64,000 bases of DNA from Pseudomonadota bacterium (GTDB lineage Bacteria > UBA10199 > 2-02-FULL-44-16 > DYJF01). Positions within the stretch are counted from its first letter, which is position 1; each line of letters starts with the position of its first letter. Location: the NCBI GenBank assembly GCA_043823065.1, contig JBDRBB010000006.1:32001-96000 (forward strand), in the 5' to 3' direction. Shown piece after piece: positions 9,584 through 19,429 of this stretch. Made by a program: the position numbers and the translations under genes. The notes under the pieces were generated by a model. It was not told the origin of the DNA and searched no databases. It saw nothing but the letters and a program-made list of their open reading frames with translations.

Positions 9584-10669
9584 TTATAAGTCATAAGCCA
9601 GAATGACGCTTTCCCGATATTGATAAAAGGCACTAGTATCTGGCTGAACCAGCAAAAAAAGCCTCGTTTTTTTTGCTGAAATTTGCTGCAGGGCAAAATC
9701 AGCAATAAAACCTGGCATTTCTTGGGTAGTAAAGCTTGTCATAAATCCTAAAGATTCATCGTTTTTAAAACCTACTATCTGTCCGTTGCGCACATAGGGA
9801 TACCTGCCAATCATGTTTTTCAAGGGCAAACCATGCTTAGGGGCCAAAATAAATAATTGATCGCCTCGCTCATAAACCTCTGGCTCTTTGTCAATAGCCA
9901 CCTGACCATCCTTTGCTATGCCCAAAGGTTCTCTTTCCTTAGCTTCCACCACATTTAGGGTTCCACCTAAACGTTCCCCTGAGGTCCAAACTTTTTTATA
10001 ACGCTTTTCCAACCAATTATATACCTTCAAAGGAGCATAACCTTTAAGCACGGCCACATCTTGATTGGGCAGAAAAGCAAAGTTGAAAATATTCACCTGC
10101 CAAGGCAATTTTAACTCATCTCCTCTTTTTAATTTGTCATTTTCATAAGCAAACTCATAAACATTTCCTTCAAAAAAATCTGCGCTATTCAAACTTTGAC
10201 CAATTAATATTTTTTGCACTTCAGTTTCTTGGGACTTTTCTATAACTCGCAAATGCCATTTAATATTTTTAAACAAGTATTCAAGTTTGCCTTCTTTTAA
10301 TTTTAAGACAAAAGAGGCAGGAATACCGTCTTGTACTGCAGAAATAATTATTTCTTCAACTCCATCACCGTCTAAATCCATGGCAAACACGCGCACCGCA
10401 TTTAGATAACTTTTCCAAGTAATGGAATTAGTTATCTTTATTTTATCTTTCTCAAATTCAGCAATGTGCAAAGCATTGCGTTCTAAAAGAATAATTTCTG
10501 TGGCTTTATCACTATCAACATTGGCTAAATCCATGCCCCAAAAAGTGTTGGGAAATTTTTGACTTTTCCAATCAGGAGATATAATTGTGTGTTCAATTGA
10601 ACTAGCCAAGCTGCTGCTACATTGAAACAGCGCTAAACAAAAAAATAAGATGTTGATTATTTTAAGCAT
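9584..10669 (-). CDS. Exported protein with FG-GAP/VCBS-like repeats
   Basis: Signal-like N-terminus; ANVDSDKATEI and MDLDGDGVEEII motifs. Confidence 0.6.
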   Translation of the reverse strand: MLKIINILFFCLALFQCSSSLASSIEHTIISPDWKSQKFPNTFWGMDLANVDSDKATEIILLERNALHIAEFEKDKIKITNSITWKSYLNAVRVFAMDLDGDGVEEIIISAVQDGIPASFVLKLKEGKLEYLFKNIKWHLRVIEKSQETEVQKILIGQSLNSADFFEGNVYEFAYENDKLKRGDELKLPWQVNIFNFAFLPNQDVAVLKGYAPLKVYNWLEKRYKKVWTSGERLGGTLNVVEAKEREPLGIAKDGQVAIDKEPEVYERGDQLFILAPKHGLPLKNMIGRYPYVRNGQIVGFKNDESLGFMTSFTTQEMPGFIADFALQQISAKKTRLFLLVQPDTSAFYQYRESVILAYDL

Positions 10670-11015
10670 TAATTCCTTTGAAAAAAATCTTTGGCATATC
10701 ATGCCAGAGCTGTTCTAAACGATAATGCTGCCTTTCCTCCTGATGAAAAACATGGGCCACCACATTGCCGTAATCCAAAACTGTCCAGTGCCCAAACCGA
10801 TAGCCTTCGCAACTAATTGGTTTAGATTTTTGTTTGCGCAAGTCATCTTCAATGGCATCAGTAATGGCTTGTACATGGCGATCTGAAGTGCCTGAACAAA
10901 TCACAAAAAAATCGGTAAAACTTAAATGTTTTCTAAAATCCAGAACCACAATATCAATTGCCTTGCGATCACTTGCCGCTTTTGCCACTTTCCTGGCCAA
11001 AGTTCTAGAAGTCAA
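10662..11015 (-). CDS. rsfS: Ribosome silencing factor
   Basis: KA.DI, DFFVICSG.S.RH, W.VLDYG.VV.HVF, R.HY.LE.LW. Confidence 0.95.
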   Translation of the reverse strand: MTSRTLARKVAKAASDRKAIDIVVLDFRKHLSFTDFFVICSGTSDRHVQAITDAIEDDLRKQKSKPISCEGYRFGHWTVLDYGNVVAHVFHQEERQHYRLEQLWHDMPKIFFKGINA

Positions 11016-11023
11016 ATTTCCTC

Positions 11024-12239
11024 CTAAAATAACGTTACAAACATGCCAATGGTTAAGCCAATTAAAGTAACAATGGTTATCACGCTAACCAAGTTCCAAA
11101 CCTTACCATTGGTAAACTCTCCCATCAGCTCCTTATTATTAATCAAAAGCAACATAAAAATTAGAATAAAAGGAAGCAAGATACCGTTAATCACCTGGGA
11201 AAAAACCATAATAAAGAACAAAGGAAAATTTGGAATTAAAACCACCACTGCCCCAATCACAATTAAGGCAGTATATAAGGAATAAAATTGGGGTGCTTCT
11301 TTGAAATTTTTATCAATGCCTGCTTCCCAACCCAAGCCTTCACATACATAAAAGGCAGTTGATAAAGGCAGCACTGAAGCAGCAAACAAAGAAGCATTAA
11401 ACAAACCAAAAGCAAATAACCAAGAACAATATTTCCCTGCCAAGGGTTTTAAGGCCAGGGCTGCATCTGCTGCTGATTCAATTTTTACACCACTTTTAAA
11501 AAGTGTGGCTGCACAAGCCACCATAATAAAAAAAACCACTACGCCTGCCATGGAACAACCAATTAAAACATCCCATTTGGCATGACGATATGTTTTAATA
11601 TCAATACCTTTTTCCACCACTGCTGCTTGTTGGTAAAATTGCATCCAAGGCGCAATTGTTGTGCCTATCAAACCAATTAACATATAGATATAGGGACTAT
11701 CTAATTTAAACTCTGGGGTAACCAGCTCTGAGCCAACTTCAGGCCAGGAGGGATTAGCTAAAAAACCGGAAACAATATAAGAAATATAAAATAGACAAGC
11801 AAAAAGAAAAACTTTTTTCCACAGCCTTGGACGTTCCCTTAATTACAATTAACCAGACAAAAAAAGCGCTAACTGGAACTGTATAATACTTGGACAAACC
11901 AAATAAGCCCAAACTGGCAGCAACTCCGGCAAATTCAGCTATGACATTGCCCAGATTAGTAATTAAAAGCGCTACCATTACATAAAAAGTAACCTTAGCT
12001 CCGTAATTTTCGCGAATTAAATCTGAAAGCCCTTTACCAGTTATGGCTCCCATGCGCGAGCACATTTCCTGCACGATTATTAAAACAAAAATAATTGGAA
12101 TAATGGTCCACAGAAAAGCATAGCCAAAATGCGCACCAGCAATAGAATAGGTTGCTATACCACCAGCATCATTATCCACATTGGCTGTGATGATACCCGG
12201 ACCCAAAACCGACAAAAAGATAATTAGATTTCTCCACAT
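11024..12239 (-). pseudogene. NRAMP-family divalent metal transporter split by a 1-nt insertion in an A6 run
   Basis: N-half (GPG...DNDAGG, QEM..R) and C-half (GTTIAPW.QF.QQ) join into one frame if one T is removed from 11813-11818. Confidence 0.85.
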
Positions 12240-12240
12240 T

Positions 12241-13515
12241 TTAAGCTTTTACACCCCACTCTTCTTCAATCATAACTTCTAAAACGTCATCCACAGTAAT
12301 AATCCCTTCAAAGGTGCCATCATCATCAATTACAGGCGCTGTAAAAAAATTATATTTAGAAAATATAGTGGCAACCTCTTCCAAACTATCTTCTAAATGC
12401 AAAGCTGGCGGTTTGGTTTGCATGACTTCGCTAATTGGCGTTTCTGGGTTGGCCTTAAGCAGCCCTCTTAAAGAAACAGTGCCTATCAATTTAAAATCAT
12501 CGTCAACCACATAACCATTATAAATGGTTTCTGCTTTTTTTAACTCAATCTTAAAAATATGATCAAGGGCTTCACGTACCGTAATATTTTCTTTAAGATC
12601 AATGTATTCTGTGGTCATTAAACCACCAGCAGAATGTTTTTCATATTGCAGAAGTTCATGTACGGCTCTGGCTTTTTTAGGAGAAAGCATTTGAATAAAT
12701 TGTTCTCTCTCCCGACGTGGCAAAACACCCAACAAATCTGTAGCCTCATCTGCTGGCATGCGTTCCAAAAGATCTCTGGTAACACGGGGATCTAGCTCTT
12801 CTATTAAATCAACCTGCCACTTGAGTTCCAATTCTGTCAAAATATCAATTTGATTTGCTGAATCCAGGGTCATGAACAAGGCAGCTCGGTTATGGGTATC
12901 CAGTTCCATGAGCATTTCTGATAAATCAGCAGGCGGAATAGAAACTAATTCCTTATGATCTACATTTAGTCTAATTTTGCCTGTTTGAGGCTGAATAGAA
13001 AGTGGCTGCACAAATTTCCAGGAAATGAATTTTTCAGATGTTAAATAACGGGCATGACGATTAACAAGACGCACGAAAATATCTATTAACTTTTCCCAAC
13101 CCAAACGCCTCGCCAGACCACGAGCACCGACATCCACATGAGCAAGTCGTAAACTATTGTCAATTTGCAAAAGATGAATATCATTCACGCGGACAATTTT
13201 ACGATTGTAGGTATCAACTACTTGTTGGTCCAAAATATTTTTACGCAAGGTAATTTCTGTTTTTTCGCGATAGGAAGAAACTGAGGTGAGTGATTCTAGG
13301 TTTGTTTTTAATTGAAATTGGCCACCAGCATGATGAAGATTTTCCCAAGGAATGATAAAATAACGACAACGTACCTTGCCCGAAGCTACGATTAAGGAGG
13401 TTAACGGAGGATAGGGTTCATCAAGCTTGGCTGTGAAATCATATGGCCTGCCAACCCAGCGCCCATGGCGGTCCACCACATCCTGCTTGGTAAGTTCAGT
13501 GAAAAAAGTAAACAT
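12241..13515 (-). CDS. MgtE-like cytoplasmic protein (PRC-barrel-like, MgtE-N, 2 CBS; no TM domain)
   Basis: QVVD...VRVND, MPADEATDLL, AGGLMTTEY, GIITVDDV; adjacent to the NRAMP gene. Confidence 0.85.
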   Translation of the reverse strand: MFTFFTELTKQDVVDRHGRWVGRPYDFTAKLDEPYPPLTSLIVASGKVRCRYFIIPWENLHHAGGQFQLKTNLESLTSVSSYREKTEITLRKNILDQQVVDTYNRKIVRVNDIHLLQIDNSLRLAHVDVGARGLARRLGWEKLIDIFVRLVNRHARYLTSEKFISWKFVQPLSIQPQTGKIRLNVDHKELVSIPPADLSEMLMELDTHNRAALFMTLDSANQIDILTELELKWQVDLIEELDPRVTRDLLERMPADEATDLLGVLPRREREQFIQMLSPKKARAVHELLQYEKHSAGGLMTTEYIDLKENITVREALDHIFKIELKKAETIYNGYVVDDDFKLIGTVSLRGLLKANPETPISEVMQTKPPALHLEDSLEEVATIFSKYNFFTAPVIDDDGTFEGIITVDDVLEVMIEEEWGVKA

Positions 13516-13589
13516 AAATTGCCGTCTGTCGTTTCCATGATTTAGCTGTTCTCATGACATTTATCATAACTAAAATCAAACTAAAATTT

Positions 13590-14519
13590 CTACACTCCAA
13601 ACAATACATCTGTTATATCAGGCAAAACCAAATTAGGGCGATAAAGTCCAACTACTAAGCGTTCTCTTACCAATTCAACCAATCTATCAGCTGCAGCTTG
13701 AGATAATATCTGTTTACTCAAAAGAGCCTTCATGCGCCTCCGCAAATTATCTGCATAAGTTAATCTGCTTAAGCCCGTAGGATCAATCTCTAAACACCAG
13801 GCATGATCTGGATCTGCTATAAAAGCTAAAACCGACTCCATAACCAAATCCAGATAATGTTGGCGGTTTTCCAATTCTATCTCGTAGCGAGATTGCTTTT
13901 CGTAAAGTTTTAGACTTTCGCGCAAGCCTCTCATTTTTTGCAAAGCTAAAATAGATGAAAAAATTCGTTTGTTGGTCTTAAAGGAAAATATGGTTTTCTT
14001 TAAAACTAAATTTAGAACCTGATCAAATTCCGTGCAATCAAGTTCGCTAATTTTATCTAAATGTTTCCAAACTTGTTCGGGCAGACCTAAATCAAAACGC
14101 ATCTCCCAATAAGTATGTGAAAGCACGCGCGCCTTGTAACTGCGCACAATCTTAAAAGGTATATAATAATTGTGGGCAACAATATCTGCTGCTAGATGCA
14201 CTAAATATCCATAGGCTGAAGCTTTTTGAGCATCTGATTTTGATTCAGAAAGAATGAGCCAACCCATGTCCCAATTATGGCAATGATGCATTATGCCCGC
14301 ATATTTTTTACCAACAATAATATCCGGGCTAACTGCGCCATAGACAAAATCATCTGGATATTTCTCCATGAGTTTTTTCAAGACTGGTGCTGCTACTGCT
14401 ATATTAGCCAAGGCTTGCATGGCTACATGAGTGTGCATGGCCGGCCCCCAAGCCCAAGCTGTATCTGGCATTAAAAGAAAAATAAGCAGACAAAATATGG
14501 CATAGACAAGCAGCATCAA
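13590..14519 (-). CDS. Zinc-dependent phospholipase C family protein
   Basis: Signal ending AWA then WGPAMH; GAVSPD, GYLVHLAADIVAH, H.YWE. Confidence 0.8.
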   Translation of the reverse strand: MMLLVYAIFCLLIFLLMPDTAWAWGPAMHTHVAMQALANIAVAAPVLKKLMEKYPDDFVYGAVSPDIIVGKKYAGIMHHCHNWDMGWLILSESKSDAQKASAYGYLVHLAADIVAHNYYIPFKIVRSYKARVLSHTYWEMRFDLGLPEQVWKHLDKISELDCTEFDQVLNLVLKKTIFSFKTNKRIFSSILALQKMRGLRESLKLYEKQSRYEIELENRQHYLDLVMESVLAFIADPDHAWCLEIDPTGLSRLTYADNLRRRMKALLSKQILSQAAADRLVELVRERLVVGLYRPNLVLPDITDVLFGV

Positions 14520-14564
14520 AGTTATTATATGCCTGTTAACTAGTTAGGCAACTATTAATTAATA

Positions 14565-14683
14565 TATCGTGATAGTAGCTCTCGGCCGACTTTTCTCACC
14601 TCCTTCTGGCTATTACGAAACTATTAGTAGCGCAGGCGATGACAGTCCGGTTCGAAAAGTCGCCCTACGCCACTATCACGATA
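14565..14683 (-). repeat. ~120-nt structured repeat, copy A
   Basis: Terminal stem TATCGTGATAGT/ACTATCACGATA; core shared with copies B and C. Confidence 0.85.
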
Positions 14684-14702
14684 GAACATTTAAAATTTAC
14701 TT

Positions 14703-15380
14703 ATGACCAACATTGAAAAAACAGTTAATGATTTAAAAAATCTTTTAGAATATCGCCAGATGATGGGGTTAAAAGAAGTTCCTATATCCAAAAATTCCAG
14801 GCAAATGAAGCCAGATGTATCTAAATTAGAAATTTCAAACTTGGCTGAGATTCGGGCAGAATTGGGTGACTGCACCAGGTGTAGGTTGCATGAGCAACGC
14901 ACCAATTTGGTGTTTGGAGATGGCAACCCTAATGCAGATCTAATGTTTGTCGGAGAAGGGCCGGGGTTTGACGAAGATAAACAAGGAGTTCCATTTGTCG
15001 GTCGGGCTGGACAACTTTTGACCAAGATCATCGAAGCCATGAGGTTAAAACGCCAAGATGTATACATCGCCAATGTGGTTAAATGCCGGCCACCAGATAA
15101 CCGCAACCCAGAACCAGATGAAATGGAAACCTGTTTTCCTTTTTTGGAAAAACAAATTGCGGCCATTCAACCTAAGGCTATTGTCTGTTTGGGTAAGTTT
15201 GCTGCTCAAACTCTTTTAAAAACAGCAACACCCATCTCACGCTTACGCGGCAAGATGGGTGAATATAATGGCATTCCTGTTATGCCTACCTATCATCCTG
15301 CTTTTCTCTTACGCAACCCAGATGCCAAAAAAGAGGTCTGGGAAGATGTGCAGCAGGTCATGAAAATTTTGGGTAAATAA
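14703..15380 (+). CDS. Uracil-DNA glycosylase family 4
   Basis: C..C.L, GEGPG..ED, FVG.AG, N.VKCRPP.NR, YHPA. Confidence 0.95.
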   Translation: MTNIEKTVNDLKNLLEYRQMMGLKEVPISKNSRQMKPDVSKLEISNLAEIRAELGDCTRCRLHEQRTNLVFGDGNPNADLMFVGEGPGFDEDKQGVPFVGRAGQLLTKIIEAMRLKRQDVYIANVVKCRPPDNRNPEPDEMETCFPFLEKQIAAIQPKAIVCLGKFAAQTLLKTATPISRLRGKMGEYNGIPVMPTYHPAFLLRNPDAKKEVWEDVQQVMKILGK

Positions 15381-15383
15381 TCT

Positions 15384-15791
15384 TTAGATAATTAGCAAAG
15401 ATGGATCATTATTATAATTCCTAAGCATGTCATTATCTTGGATTAAAGTCGCGCCCTGTAATGTTCCTAAATAACCAACTCCACAAATCAAAAGCACAAA
15501 AGTCACAGCAGCTCCTAAAAGCCCCCAAATAGTATTATTACCGCCAGCAGAATTTGATCTTTCCGCTCGATCAATATAAGAAATATTTTGTTCTGCCTGA
15601 CCTGGCTGAATATGCCAAACTCCATTTTGCCAACCTTCACCTGATTCAGCTATTAATGCATCAACAATGGTTGGCATTTGAGTTTGGTAGCTATCTAAGT
15701 TTGGCTCTGGCACTGCTGGGTTGGAGGTAAAATTGTTTACTGCGAAAAGATTTTCTGCACCACTTACTTGACCTACATGACCTACTGGCAT
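15384..15791 (-). CDS. Hypothetical protein with one C-terminal TM helix
   Basis: AAAGGAG RBS upstream of MPVGHVG; hydrophobic IWGLLGAAVTFVLLICGVGYL. Confidence 0.55.
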   Translation of the reverse strand: MPVGHVGQVSGAENLFAVNNFTSNPAVPEPNLDSYQTQMPTIVDALIAESGEGWQNGVWHIQPGQAEQNISYIDRAERSNSAGGNNTIWGLLGAAVTFVLLICGVGYLGTLQGATLIQDNDMLRNYNNDPSLLII

Positions 15792-15881
15792 AACCTGCTC
15801 CTTTCTTAACTTGTTTGAGAACTTGAAACAAGGCCGGATACAATCACCGCTAGAGAGTTTCGTCAAGAGGGTAATTTCCTA

Positions 15882-16002
15882 TTTAATTTGAGGTGGCGTA
15901 GGGCGACTTTTATTACCGGACTGGCTACTCTCAAGCTGCTAATAGTTTCGTAATATTTGGAAGGAGGTAAGAAAAGTCGGCCGAGAGCTACCTCAAATTA
16001 AA
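15882..16002 (+). repeat. ~120-nt structured repeat, copy B
   Basis: Terminal stem TTTAATTTGAGGT/ACCTCAAATTAAA; core as A and C in the opposite orientation. Confidence 0.85.
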
Positions 16003-16016
16003 CCTCGGTAAATAAT

Positions 16017-17042
16017 CTACTTTGAACTAAGCTCTTCCACGTACTTTGCCAAATCTTTTACTTGCACATACCAAGTTTTACCCTTTTTATAACCTTTTAG
16101 TTTTCCCTGATTAATTAAATTTCTCAGATAATCTGGTGAATAATTATAAAGATGGGCAAGATCACTAAGCGGCAGCTTGGCTTCTTGATCAACACTATCA
16201 ACATCAATTTCTTTGAGACGAGAAACAGCATCTTCAAGCCGGTTAACCACAATGGTTACAAATTCATCAAAATTATCTTTATGAATAAGCTCATCCACTT
16301 GCTTAACAGTAAAACTTTTTCCCTTCTCCATTTCCCGATGAATCAATTCAAAATCATCATCTGCTTTTTCCAGAGATTCATAATAAATATCTCGATCTTT
16401 TTTTGATATACCTTTGATGGCAATGTTGATTAAACCTTCACCTATTAGTAAGTATGATAACAGTATTCTACCTGCCCGACCATTGCCATCACGAAAAGGA
16501 TGAATAGATTCAAACCACACATGCGCTATAGCAGCTAATCTTACCGGACTATATGTCTTCTTTTGCAAATGATAGTTCACCCATTTTATAAGCAGTTCAA
16601 TAGCCTGCCTAACATAGAACTCACTAATCGGCGTAAAAGTTGATAAAGTTACAGCCACTCTTTGTTTACGAAATTCCCCTATTTCCCCTTTGTAAAAACC
16701 TTTTTCTTTTTCATAACGCATAAGCAAAGTATGAATCTGCTTAATATCAGACATGCGTAATGAAAATTCTTTTTCTCTGTATTGAATTGCTGCATATTCA
16801 TAGACTGCAAAAGCAGATTCAAAATAACCTAAAATAGCAGCAGTTTTTTGATTATCAGCTCGTTTATTCTGCTCAAGAACTTCAATAAGATCTGTTCGGT
16901 TGGTAAACAAACCTTCTATAGCAATGGAGTTGCGAATTTCATCTTTAAATAATGAATACCACTCCTTATTTGAAACATGGATCAAGCGGCCACGTTTCTC
17001 TTGCAATAGTTGGAGATCTTTTTTAATGTTTGGTATTTCCAT
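16017..17042 (-). CDS. Fic-domain protein with C-terminal HTH
   Basis: HPFRDGNGRAGR Fic motif; SIAIEG inhibitory-type motif; C-terminal YSPDYLRNLI..GKL...K.GKTWY excisionase-like HTH. Confidence 0.9.
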   Translation of the reverse strand: MEIPNIKKDLQLLQEKRGRLIHVSNKEWYSLFKDEIRNSIAIEGLFTNRTDLIEVLEQNKRADNQKTAAILGYFESAFAVYEYAAIQYREKEFSLRMSDIKQIHTLLMRYEKEKGFYKGEIGEFRKQRVAVTLSTFTPISEFYVRQAIELLIKWVNYHLQKKTYSPVRLAAIAHVWFESIHPFRDGNGRAGRILLSYLLIGEGLINIAIKGISKKDRDIYYESLEKADDDFELIHREMEKGKSFTVKQVDELIHKDNFDEFVTIVVNRLEDAVSRLKEIDVDSVDQEAKLPLSDLAHLYNYSPDYLRNLINQGKLKGYKKGKTWYVQVKDLAKYVEELSSK

Positions 17043-17116
17043 ATTTTACCATATTTACCGAACTACAATAGATTTCTAAAACTGCATAACTAATTAATAT
17101 TAAACAACTTATTTCA

Positions 17117-17215
17117 TATCGAGTTTATCGAACTATTCTTAGGGTTCGATATAAGTATAGCATAATGGAAATGTATGGCAATTAATTATTTGTAGAATAT
17201 CGAACTTATCGAACT
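17117..17215. promoter_or_regulatory. Repeated TATCGAAC boxes upstream of fic (candidate operator)
   Basis: Inverted TATCGAAC-N10-GTTCGATA at 17126-17151; tandem copies at 17198-17215. Confidence 0.5.
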
Positions 17216-17312
17216 ATTAATAAAGATAACTGCCTAAATTGATTAATTATATCATGCGTTTAGATTAAGATGCCTGCTGCTGCCAGAATAAGGGTTCGAT
17301 AGAAAGATGTTG

Positions 17313-17333
17313 TTTAATTTGAGGTGGCGTAGG
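17313..17333. repeat. 21-bp direct repeat identical to 15882-15902
   Basis: TTTAATTTGAGGTGGCGTAGG at both sites; this copy encodes the nagZ C-terminus and stop. Confidence 0.9.
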
Positions 17334-18399
17334 CAAGCCTTTGGTGCTCTTTGCAGCCGATGACTTTTAAAGGGGGGAGGGGTTTTGGGGGCTGGCAGTA
17401 TTGGGACGCAAATCTATTAATGCGCGCTATTTTTTCTTCCACTTTAGTTAATTCTTGATTATCTAAAGCATCTTTTAATCTTTCCACGGTGCGGCATTGG
17501 GCCTCAAAGTTATCACAAATCAAGACCATATCATGCTCTGATTGCAGGCTTTTTAGGGCTGCATCTTCTATGCTCATTTGACTGGTAATTCCTTTCATCA
17601 GCAGATCATCACTCATGATCAAACCTTGAAAACCAAATTCATCGCGCAAGATTTTTTTGGTAATAAGTTTGGAAGTTGAAGCTGGAAAGTCTGGATCCAG
17701 ATTAGGCAATAAAATATGGGCTGTCATTAGAGCTGGAAAGTTTGCAGCAACAGCCTGGCGAAAAGGAATAAGTTCGCAAGCATCCAGACGTTTTCTAGTA
17801 TGCGGCATAACCGGCAAGGCCAGATGCGAATCTAAATCTGTATCACCATGACCGGGAAAATGCTTGCCACAAGCCATAACTCCATTTTCAGTTAAGCCTT
17901 TCATAAATTGCACACCAAGTTCAGCCACAATTTTTGGCTCATGGCTAAAGGCGCGGTCGCCAATCACTTGATTAAAACCATTAGTAGCAACATCTAGAAC
18001 TGGGGCAAAGTTTAGATTTATGCCAACTGCGGAGAGTTCGAGCGCAAGAGCGGTGGCAACATCATACACCCTTTGACTTTGCTCAGGAAGAACATATCTG
18101 GACGGGATTGCTTCGCTGCGCTCGCAATGACGAGATGCAATTTCTTTCATGCTGGAGAATTGGGTAAAAGGTTCAGACAGGCGCATAACCCGGCCACCTT
18201 CTTGATCTACGCCAATAAAGAGTTTGCCCTCGCCTGCTTCTTGTAATTTTTGGATTAGATAATCAAGCTGCTTAACAGATTCAAAGTTACGTTTAAATAA
18301 AATCACGCCACCAATCTTTTCCTTGCGAATGAAACCTAAAAGTAGATTCGAGGGCTTTGTATCTGGGATACCAATGATTAACAATTGACCAATATTCAT
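17314..18399 (-). CDS. nagZ: Beta-N-acetylhexosaminidase (GH3)
   Basis: VDQEGGRV.R, APVLDV, KHFPGHG.T..DSH, SDDL. Confidence 0.93.
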   Translation of the reverse strand: MNIGQLLIIGIPDTKPSNLLLGFIRKEKIGGVILFKRNFESVKQLDYLIQKLQEAGEGKLFIGVDQEGGRVMRLSEPFTQFSSMKEIASRHCERSEAIPSRYVLPEQSQRVYDVATALALELSAVGINLNFAPVLDVATNGFNQVIGDRAFSHEPKIVAELGVQFMKGLTENGVMACGKHFPGHGDTDLDSHLALPVMPHTRKRLDACELIPFRQAVAANFPALMTAHILLPNLDPDFPASTSKLITKKILRDEFGFQGLIMSDDLLMKGITSQMSIEDAALKSLQSEHDMVLICDNFEAQCRTVERLKDALDNQELTKVEEKIARINRFASQYCQPPKPLPPLKVIGCKEHQRLAYATSN

Positions 18400-18509
18400 A
18401 AATTCTAATTCCTAATATCTAAATCCTAAACAAATTCTAATTACCAAATTTCAAATGATCAAAACATTTTAATCCTTGTTTAGAGTTTAGATATTAGTAT
18501 TTAGATATT
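18400..18509. repeat. Inverted heptamer tandem-repeat array
   Basis: AAATTCT AATTCCT AATATCT AAATCCT ... AGAGTTT AGATATT AGTATTT AGATATT. Confidence 0.7.
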
Positions 18510-18515
18510 GCTCTT

Positions 18516-19319
18516 TTAACGTCCTCTTGGAGCCAGTTTATCCCTCAACCCATCGCCCAAAAAATTGAAACCCAACACAGTTATCATAATAAAAATACCA
18601 GGAATTATAGACATAAAAGGTGCAAGCAACAAGTATTGGGTGCCTTGATCAATCATAGCTCCCCAAGATGGCGTGCCCACTGGCACTCCCAAGCCTAAAA
18701 AAGAAAGTGATGATTCAATCATAATCACGCCAGCCATGCCAAAGCTGGCATTAACCACAATCGGACCAATCATGTTGGGCAGCAAATATCTAAAATACAT
18801 GCGCCATCTGGAAATTCCAATAGCCCGACCTGCTAAAACAAAATCGCGCTGCTTTAAGGCCAAGGTCTGGCCACGTACCAGTCTGGCATAGGTTACCCAA
18901 CCTTTTAGACTAAGAATTATAACTACATTGATTACAGATGGAGTTAAAAAAGCAGCAACAGCAATGGCAAACAAAAAACTGGGAAATGCTAAAAACACAT
19001 CTGATATAAATAAGAAAATATGATCAATTAAGCCACCAGCATAACCTGCAATTAAGCCTGCAATACAACCAACCACAATGGAAACTGAAACCACAGCCAC
19101 ACCAATGCCTAAAGATATACGGGCTCCATAAATAATTCGGGAAAGAATATCTCGGCCATCAGCATCATTGCCAAACCAATAGCCCCAATGCGGTCCATCA
19201 AATTTTAAATCAAGCTGATAAACATTTGGATCATGCGGAGCCAACCAAGGCGCAAGAATAGCAACCACTAAAAGTGCTAAAATTATAATCGCTCCTAATT
19301 TTGCGGTCCAGGTATTCAT
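18516..19319 (-). CDS. Peptide/nickel ABC transporter permease (DppC/OppC-like)
   Basis: GRDILSRIIYGARISL, ESSLSFLGLG, FNFLGDGLRD. Confidence 0.92.
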   Translation of the reverse strand: MNTWTAKLGAIIILALLVVAILAPWLAPHDPNVYQLDLKFDGPHWGYWFGNDADGRDILSRIIYGARISLGIGVAVVSVSIVVGCIAGLIAGYAGGLIDHIFLFISDVFLAFPSFLFAIAVAAFLTPSVINVVIILSLKGWVTYARLVRGQTLALKQRDFVLAGRAIGISRWRMYFRYLLPNMIGPIVVNASFGMAGVIMIESSLSFLGLGVPVGTPSWGAMIDQGTQYLLLAPFMSIIPGIFIMITVLGFNFLGDGLRDKLAPRGR

Positions 19320-19331
19320 AATATTCTCAGC

Positions 19332-19424
19332 TTGTCATCGCGAGGAGTCCTGCGAAGCAGGACAACGTGGCGATCCCGGTTTCTCACGGGATTGCTTCGT
19401 CGCTAACGCTCCTCGCAATGACAA
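19332..19424. repeat. Paired REP-like palindromes (GTCATYGCGAG...GCAATC family)
   Basis: TTGTCATCGCGAGGAG...CTCCTCGCAATGACAA; relatives at 18104-18132 and 63810-63887. Confidence 0.8.
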
Positions 19425-19429
19425 CTTTT

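Noticed and set aside
14596..14605. TCACCTCCTT as a 16S rRNA 3' end
   Set aside because: Only 10 nt match; flanks belong to the repeat and show no rRNA sequence
14690..15166. 158-aa minus-strand ORF
   Set aside because: Antisense shadow of the well-conserved UDG gene
14565..16002. 120-nt repeats as a CRISPR array, hammerhead ribozyme or classical attC
   Set aside because: Dispersed with no spacers or cas genes; no CTGATGA core; ends lack consistent RYYYAAC/GTTRRRY boxes and no integrase is present
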